Part shown: in pieces, positions 58,105 through 64,000 of the stretch
How the letters are laid out: every line of letters starts with the position of its first letter
How positions within the stretch are numbered: position 1 is the stretch's first letter
DNA from: Burkholderiales bacterium
GTDB taxonomy: Bacteria; Pseudomonadota; Gammaproteobacteria; Burkholderiales; JAEUOS01
Reading direction: 5' to 3'
DNA length: 64,000 bases
NCBI GenBank assembly: GCA_031423955.1
Contig: JANPGJ010000305.1
Span: 467-64,466 of the forward strand
Translations under genes and position numbers: made by a program
The notes under the pieces: generated by a model
The model's database searches: none
Told to the model about the DNA's origin: nothing
Seen by the model: only the letters and a program-made list of their open reading frames with translations

Positions 58105-61100
58105 TCAAGCCTCGCCGTAGCCGCCGGCAGTCGGGGTTTGCACCACGAACACGTCCCCGGGCCGGCACACGGTTTCGTCGCTGCCACCAAGTTCGCTGAT
58201 CGACCCGTCCACCCGCTCAACCCAGTTGTGCCCCACCTCCCCGGCACCACCACCATGCATGCCATAGGGTGGTACACGGCGATGGCCCGACAGCACGCCC
58301 GCAGTCATGGTCTCGAGAAAACGCACCCGCCGCAAGGCGCCAGGCCCGCCGTTCCATTTGCCGCGGCCACCGGACCCGTATCGGATCGAGTGCTCTTCCA
58401 CCCGCACCGGATAGCGAAACTCCAGTACCTCGGGGTCGGTCATGCGGCTGTTGGTCATGTGCGTCTGCACCGGCGTGGCGCCGTCGAAACCATCGCCCGC
58501 GCCGGAGCCTGAGGAAATCGTCTCGTAATACTGGTAGGTGTCATTGCCAAAGGTGAAATTGTTCATCGTGCCCTGGCTGGCGCCCATCACGCCGAGTGCG
58601 CCATACAAGGTATCGGTCAGGCACTGGCTGGTCTCGACATTGCCCGCGACCACCGCCGCCGGATAGCGCGGGTTGAGCATCGAGCCTTCAGGAATGATGA
58701 TTTTCAGCGGCTTCAGGCAACCGGCGTTGAGCGGAATGTCGTCGTCGACCAGCGAGCGAAAGACATACAGCACCGCTGCGTAGCACACCGCTGACGGTGC
58801 GTTGAAGTTGTTCGGCAGTTGATCGCTGGTGCCGGTGAAATCGATCACCCCGCTGCGCGTGGCCTTGTCCAGCGTCACCTTCACGCGAATCACCGCACCA
58901 TGATCCATCTCGTAGGCGAATTCGCCATCCTTCAACACCTCGATCACCCGCCGCACCGATTCCTCGGCGTTGTCCTGCACATGTCGCATGTAGGCATGCA
59001 CCACCTCGAGGCCGAATTCACCGACCATGCGGCGCAATTCCTGCACCCCTTTTTCGTTGGCCGCGATCATGGCGCGCAAGTCGGCCATGTTCTGTTCGAT
59101 GTTTCGCGAGGGGTATTGCCCGGAGCCCAGCAGGGCACGGGTTTCGCTGTCGCGCAGGCGGCCCTTCTCGACCAGCAGGAAATTGTCGATCAGCACCCCC
59201 TCCTCCTCCACCACTTTCGAGTTGGGCGGCATTGAGCCGGGCGAAATGCCGCCGATGTCCGCATGGTGGCCGCGCGAGCCGACATAAAACAGGATGTTCT
59301 TGCCGGCCGCATCGAATACCGGGGTGATGACCGTGATGTCGGGCAGGTGGGTGCCGCCGTTGTACGGCGCATTGAGCACATAAACGTCGCCAGCCTGCAT
59401 GGCGCGGCCATGCGCCGCGGTGTTTTCCCGGATCACGGTCTTGATCGACTCCCCCATCGAACCAAGATGCACCGGCATGTGCGGCGCGTTGGCGATCAGG
59501 TCGCCGTGCTGGTTGAACACCGCGCACGAAAAATCAAGACGTTCCTTGATATTCACCGAGTAGGCGGTATTTGCCAGCGTCAGGCCCATCTGTTCGGCGA
59601 TCGCCATGAACAGGTTGTTGAAGATCTCCAGCATCACCGGGTCGGCCGTGGTGCCGATCGCCGTCTGTCGCGGCCGTTCAATCGCGCGGGTGAGCACCAT
59701 GTGATTCTGCGCCGTCACCTCGCATTGCCAGCCAGGTTCGACAATTGACGTCGCATTCTGCTCAGCGATGATCGCCGGGCCAAGCAACTTGTCGCCGGGT
59801 TGCATCAGGCTACGCAGAAAAACCGGTGCCGCATGCTCGACGCCGCCGGAAAACATGCGGACCGATTCCGCGGCAGCGAGGGCGCCGGCTCGGCCTGATA
59901 CTGGCGACTGCACGTCGACCTGCTGCCCGGAGAGTCCGATTGCCTCCACCGACACCGCCTCCACCACCAGCGGTTTGTGCTCCATCAAGAACGAGTAGCG
60001 CATGCGATAGGCCGACTCGAACCGGGCCTTGATGTCCTCCAGGGATCCGTCCTCGACCACCAGCGCCGAATCGGTGCCATCGTATCGGACATGCACGCGC
60101 TGGCGAACCACGATGTTTCCGGCTGGCACGCCCTGGCCCAGGATCTGCGCCCGGGCATCGGCCGCCATCTCGGCAAAAGCCGTGTCGAGCGCTGCTCGCG
60201 AAGCAGGTGCCAGCTTGAGTTCGATCGCCCGTTCGCGCATTGCAGTCAGATCGGCAAGCCCCATGCCATAAGCCGACAGCACACCGGCATAGGGATGGAT
60301 GTAGACGCGCGGGATGCCCAGTTTGTCGGCGATCAGGCAGGCGTGTTGCCCGCCGGCGCCGCCAAAACACTGCAGGGTGTACTGCGTGATGTCATAACCG
60401 CGAGCCACCGACACCTTCTTGATCGCATTCGCCATGTTTTCGACGGCGATCTGGATGAAACCCTCCGCCACTTCCTCCAGCGTTCTGACGACGCCGGTGG
60501 CCGCCTCGATGTCGCTCGCCATGGTACGAAACTTCGCCGCGCTGGCTTCATAGTCGAGCGTCGCATCGGCATGCGGCCCGAACACCCGCGGAAAGTATTT
60601 CGGCTGCACCTTGCCGAGCAACACGTTGGCGTCGGTCACCGCCAGCGGCCCGCCGCGTCGGTAGGCTGCCGGCCCCGGATTGGCGCCGGCGGAGTCGGGG
60701 CCTACGCGATAGCGACTACCGTCAAAGTGCAGAATCGATCCGCCGCCGGCAGCCACGGTATGAATGCTCATCATCGGCGCGCGCATGCGAACCCCGGCAA
60801 CCTGGGTTTCGAATGCCCGTTCGTATTCCCCGGCGTAGTGCGACACATCGGTGGAGGTGCCCCCCATGTCGAATCCGATGACTTTCTCGAATCCCGCGCC
60901 CCTGGCGGTCTGCACCATGCCGACAATGCCGCCCGCCGGGCCGGACAGGATCGAATCCTTGCCCTTGAAAAGATCGGCAGACGTCAGGCCGCCGGACGAT
61001 TGCATGAACATCAACCGCGCGCCATCAAGCTCGGCCGCGACCCGGTTGACATAGCGGCCGATGATCGGCGACAGATAGGCATCGACCACCGTGGTATCGC

Positions 61101-61728
61101 CGCGCGAAACCAGTTTCATCAGCGGCGAGACCTCGTGCGATACCGATATCTGGGTGAAGCCGGCGCCACGCGCCAGCACCGCGATCTCGCGCTCGTGCTG
61201 CATGTAGCGATAGCCGTGCAACAACACGATCGCGATCGCCCTGAAGCCGGCCGCGTAGGCGGCAGCTAGGTCGGCGCGGGTCTTGGCGGCATTGAGCGGC
61301 AACACCACCTCGCCGTGCGCGCCGATCCGTTCCTCGACTTCGTACACTTCCGCGTAGAGCAGTTCCGGCAGCACGATATGGCGATCGAAGATGCGCGGCC
61401 GATTCTGGTAGCCGATGCGCAGCTGGTCGCGAAAGCCGCGGGTAATGAACAGCACCGTGCTGTCGCCCTTGCGTTCAAGCAGGGCGTTGGTGGCTACCGT
61501 GGTCCCCATCTTCACCGCGTCGATCGCGGTACCGGGGATAGGCTCGTTGGCACCAAGTCGCAGAAAATGACGAATCGCCGCGATCGCCGCATCCGGATAT
61601 TGTTCAGGGTTTTCCGACAGCAGCTTGTGGGTGTGCAAGGCGCCGGCAGGATCACGCGCCACCACATCGGTGAACGTGCCGCCGCGGTCAATCCAGAATT
61701 GCCAGGCTGATTGCGGAACCGTACTCAT
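58105..61728 (-). CDS. fused hydantoinase A/B family protein (5-oxoprolinase, ATP-hydrolysing type)
   Basis: 1207 aa. The N-terminus [15 protein letters not shown] and [10 protein letters not shown] (HyuA part) are followed by a HyuB-type C-terminal half ([22 protein letters not shown] end). This organisation matches eukaryotic-type OPLAH. Confidence 0.88.
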   Translation of the reverse strand: MSTVPQSAWQFWIDRGGTFTDVVARDPAGALHTHKLLSENPEQYPDAAIAAIRHFLRLGANEPIPGTAIDAVKMGTTVATNALLERKGDSTVLFITRGFRDQLRIGYQNRPRIFDRHIVLPELLYAEVYEVEERIGAHGEVVLPLNAAKTRADLAAAYAAGFRAIAIVLLHGYRYMQHEREIAVLARGAGFTQISVSHEVSPLMKLVSRGDTTVVDAYLSPIIGRYVNRVAAELDGARLMFMQSSGGLTSADLFKGKDSILSGPAGGIVGMVQTARGAGFEKVIGFDMGGTSTDVSHYAGEYERAFETQVAGVRMRAPMMSIHTVAAGGGSILHFDGSRYRVGPDSAGANPGPAAYRRGGPLAVTDANVLLGKVQPKYFPRVFGPHADATLDYEASAAKFRTMASDIEAATGVVRTLEEVAEGFIQIAVENMANAIKKVSVARGYDITQYTLQCFGGAGGQHACLIADKLGIPRVYIHPYAGVLSAYGMGLADLTAMRERAIELKLAPASRAALDTAFAEMAADARAQILGQGVPAGNIVVRQRVHVRYDGTDSALVVEDGSLEDIKARFESAYRMRYSFLMEHKPLVVEAVSVEAIGLSGQQVDVQSPVSGRAGALAAAESVRMFSGGVEHAAPVFLRSLMQPGDKLLGPAIIAEQNATSIVEPGWQCEVTAQNHMVLTRAIERPRQTAIGTTADPVMLEIFNNLFMAIAEQMGLTLANTAYSVNIKERLDFSCAVFNQHGDLIANAPHMPVHLGSMGESIKTVIRENTAAHGRAMQAGDVYVLNAPYNGGTHLPDITVITPVFDAAGKNILFYVGSRGHHADIGGISPGSMPPNSKVVEEEGVLIDNFLLVEKGRLRDSETRALLGSGQYPSRNIEQNMADLRAMIAANEKGVQELRRMVGEFGLEVVHAYMRHVQDNAEESVRRVIEVLKDGEFAYEMDHGAVIRVKVTLDKATRSGVIDFTGTSDQLPNNFNAPSAVCYAAVLYVFRSLVDDDIPLNAGCLKPLKIIIPEGSMLNPRYPAAVVAGNVETSQCLTDTLYGALGVMGASQGTMNNFTFGNDTYQYYETISSGSGAGDGFDGATPVQTHMTNSRMTDPEVLEFRYPVRVEEHSIRYGSGGRGKWNGGPGALRRVRFLETMTAGVLSGHRRVPPYGMHGGGAGEVGHNWVERVDGSISELGGSDETVCRPGDVFVVQTPTAGGYGEA

Positions 61729-62507
61729 CAGAAGCTCGCCAATTGGGAATTGCGTAGATCGGTGACCAGCATGCAGCCTGGCCTGTGGGTGATCGAGATT
61801 GGCGGCCGGGCGGCGCGAATCGCCGATTGCGGGGTCACCCCGCAGGCCCAGAACACCGGGACTTCGCCCGCCAGTATTTCTACCGCATCACCAAAATCGG
61901 GCCGCATGATGTCATCGATGCCGATTGACGCCGGGTCACCGAAATGAATTGGCGCACCGTGCACTCCCGGAAAACGCGAGGTGATCTGGATCGCCCGGAT
62001 CGCGTTCGCAGGGCGCATCGGCCGCATCGACACCACCAGCGGCCCGGCGAACGGGCCGGCCGGCGCGGTGGCGATGTTGGTGCGGTACATCGCGACATTG
62101 ATGCCCTGCTCGATATGGCGCATGCGGATGCCGGCGTCGATCAATGCCTCTTCGAACGAGAACGAGCAGCCAATGACAAAACTGACCAGATCCTCGCGCC
62201 AGACTTGATTCAGATTGTCGAGGTCTCCCACGTTCTCGCCGTTGCGCCACAGGCAATAGCCCGACAGGTCGGTGCGGATGTCAAGCTCCGCGCCCAGCGC
62301 CGGAATATGCGGGCTGCCCGGTTCGCTCATGCCGATGATCGGGCAGGGCTTCGGATTCCGCTGGCAAAAGCGCAGAAAATCCGCCGCGTGGCTGGCGGGC
62401 AGTATCGCCAGATTGCCCTGCACATGGCCTGGCGCCATGCCGGGGGTCGGTCCGGTATGGTCGCCGCGGCGAATCGCGAGGCGTGCTGCGAGAGAGGTCG
62501 GGGTCAT
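61728..62507 (-). CDS. DUF1445 / UPF0317 putative hydro-lyase (D-glutamate cyclase-like family)
   Basis: [28 protein letters not shown], and the C-terminal [12 protein letters not shown] are characteristic of DUF1445 as I recall it. Its stop shares 1 nt with the oxoprolinase ATG (TGATG). Confidence 0.75.
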   Translation of the reverse strand: MTPTSLAARLAIRRGDHTGPTPGMAPGHVQGNLAILPASHAADFLRFCQRNPKPCPIIGMSEPGSPHIPALGAELDIRTDLSGYCLWRNGENVGDLDNLNQVWREDLVSFVIGCSFSFEEALIDAGIRMRHIEQGINVAMYRTNIATAPAGPFAGPLVVSMRPMRPANAIRAIQITSRFPGVHGAPIHFGDPASIGIDDIMRPDFGDAVEILAGEVPVFWACGVTPQSAIRAARPPISITHRPGCMLVTDLRNSQLASF

Positions 62508-62636
62508 GGTCTAGACTATGTTGGACAGGCGCTGCGATGCGCGACGTGGGTTGCGATCAGCATTTGTAGCTCGGGAGAAGTTTAACCGAGCGCCCGACAA
62601 ACGCCCCTGACAAACCACAAGCAAGGCATGTTCCAG

Positions 62637-64000
62637 ATGAGCAAATCCCACCAGAAGCCGTACCGTTCGAATATCACCACCGCAGGCATGGACCGGGTGG
62701 CACATCGAGCCTTCATGCGCGCCACCGGCATGGACGACGACGCGATGGCCAAGCCATTCATCGGCGTCATGAGCACCCATGGTGAAAATACCCCGTGCTC
62801 GATGTCATTGCGGCCGCAGGCCGACGCCGCCCGGCTTGGCGTCGCCGCGGCCGGTGGCACACCGATCGAATTCACCACTGTTTCGGTGTCCGACGGCACC
62901 TCGATGAACCACAAGGGCATGCGCATGAGCCTGGTGTCACGCGAGTTGATCGCCGACAGCATCGAACTGGTGATGCGCGGCCACGCCTATGACGGATTCA
63001 TCGGATTCGCCGGCTGCGACAAGACCCTGCCAGGCGTGATGATGGCGATGGTTCGCCTGAACTGCCCGTCGGTGTTCATGTACGGCGGCGCGATGCTGCC
63101 CGGCGAGTGGCGCGGCAAGCCGGCCACGGTGCTGACCGCCTACGAGGCGGTTGGCGGGGTTCTCGCCGGCACCTTCAGCGAAGCCGACCTGGCCGAACTG
63201 GAACTGCATTGCGCACCGACTGTCGGCTCGTGCCCCGGCCAGTTCACCGCCAACACGATGGCGATGGTCTCGGAGACCCTGGGCCTGGCGATCCCCGGGT
63301 CGGCGATGATGCCCGCGGTCTACTCGCAGCGCCTGGCGCTGGCGCGCCGTGCCGGGCAGATCGTGATGCGCATCCTGCAGGACGGCGGGCCATTGCCGCG
63401 TGACCTGGTCACCCGCAAGAGTATTGAAAACGCCTGCGCAGTCGTCGCCGCAACCGGCGGCTCGACAAACGCCGGCCTGCACCTGCCGGCGATCGCCCAT
63501 GAAGCAGGGGTTCGCTTCAGCATGGATGATGTAGCCGAAGTGTTTCAGCGCACGCCCCTGATCGCCAGCCTGCAGCCCGGCGGCAAGTATCTGGCACGCG
63601 ATCTGCACCATGCCGGCGGTGCGGTGCTGGTGCTCAAGACCCTGCTCGATGGCGGCTACCTGCACGGCGATGCCCTGGGGCTCTCCGGTCGCAGCCTGGC
63701 CGAGGAGTTGGAAAACAGCCCGGGCGCCGACGGCGAAATCGTGCTGCCGGTGAGCGCGCCACTGCATGCCAGCGGCGGCGTGGTGGTGCTCAAGGGCAGC
63801 CTGTGCCCGGACGGTGCATTGATCAAGATCGCCGGACTTAAGTCGCTCTTGTTCGAGGGCCGCGCGCGGGTGTTCGACGGCGAGGAAGCCTGCGTCGAAG
63901 TCGTCAAGCGCCGCGATTATCGGGAGGGTGACGTCCTGATCATCCGCAACGAAGGCCCGAAAGGCGGCCCCGGGATGCGTGAAATGCTCGGCACCACCGC
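62637..64000 (+). CDS. ilvD: IlvD/Edd-family dehydratase (dihydroxy-acid dehydratase-like), partial; runs off the right edge
   Basis: Open frame from ATG 62637 (an in-frame ATG at 62628 is also possible). Cluster cysteines lie in [17 protein letters not shown] and [12 protein letters not shown]; also [20 protein letters not shown]. It is absent from the track because no stop falls in the window. Whether it is the true IlvD or a sugar-acid dehydratase paralog is not decidable here. Confidence 0.88.
   Translation, partial: MSKSHQKPYRSNITTAGMDRVAHRAFMRATGMDDDAMAKPFIGVMSTHGENTPCSMSLRPQADAARLGVAAAGGTPIEFTTVSVSDGTSMNHKGMRMSLVSRELIADSIELVMRGHAYDGFIGFAGCDKTLPGVMMAMVRLNCPSVFMYGGAMLPGEWRGKPATVLTAYEAVGGVLAGTFSEADLAELELHCAPTVGSCPGQFTANTMAMVSETLGLAIPGSAMMPAVYSQRLALARRAGQIVMRILQDGGPLPRDLVTRKSIENACAVVAATGGSTNAGLHLPAIAHEAGVRFSMDDVAEVFQRTPLIASLQPGGKYLARDLHHAGGAVLVLKTLLDGGYLHGDALGLSGRSLAEELENSPGADGEIVLPVSAPLHASGGVVVLKGSLCPDGALIKIAGLKSLLFEGRARVFDGEEACVEVVKRRDYREGDVLIIRNEGPKGGPGMREMLGTT

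Noticed and set aside
1-64000. Window-wide look for CRISPR repeats, tandem repeats, IS elements, toxin-antitoxin pairs and known defence genes.
   Set aside because: I found no regularly spaced direct repeats, no transposase/integrase/recombinase-like translations, and no small paired ORFs with toxin-antitoxin character. Only isolated hairpins and palindromes were found, and these are reported separately.

Overview
GC-rich (about 62-64% by eye) chromosomal segment whose gene content and order look betaproteobacterial. It is dominated by core housekeeping clusters. These are: tig (partial) with tRNA-Leu; hpnC-hpnD-hpnE (squalene synthesis); bamB-yfgM-hisS-ispG-rodZ-pilW-rlmN-ndk; tilS-accA with an AlkA-like glycosylase; lepA-lepB-DUF4845-rnc-era-recO-pdxJ-acpS-nagZ; rpoE-rseA-rseB-degP; the yceD-rpmF-plsX-fabHDG-acpP-fabF lipid cluster; maf; and comEC. 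I found no rRNA, CRISPR array, transposase, integrase, phage gene or recognisable defence system, so I cannot point to a clear novel system. The track takes the first ATG/GTG/TTG, so many of its ORFs start too far upstream. Where a conserved N-terminus, a Shine-Dalgarno (SD) sequence or a stop/start overlap supported it, I moved the start. Two real features fall outside the track: rpmF (59 codons, below the cutoff) and the edge-truncated tig and ilvD-family genes. The most interesting items, all hypotheses, are these. (1) A livHMGF-type ABC operon has no ABC-type binding protein and is followed co-directionally by a DctP/TRAP-type periplasmic receptor, with no dctQM in the window. (2) A DUF1445 (D-glutamate-cyclase-like) gene overlaps by 1 nt the start of a fused 1207-aa hydantoinase/5-oxoprolinase. 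(3) An unannotated small-gene module (promoter-like hexamers, consensus SD, 40 codons, textbook terminator) lies just upstream of hpnC. (4) An uncharacterised 349-aa protein is translationally chained to alkA-like/accA/tilS and sits divergent from an orphan PP2C phosphatase. (5) Several AT-rich palindromes and GC hairpins lie in promoter gaps. All family assignments come from reading the translations for motifs; no database search was run.
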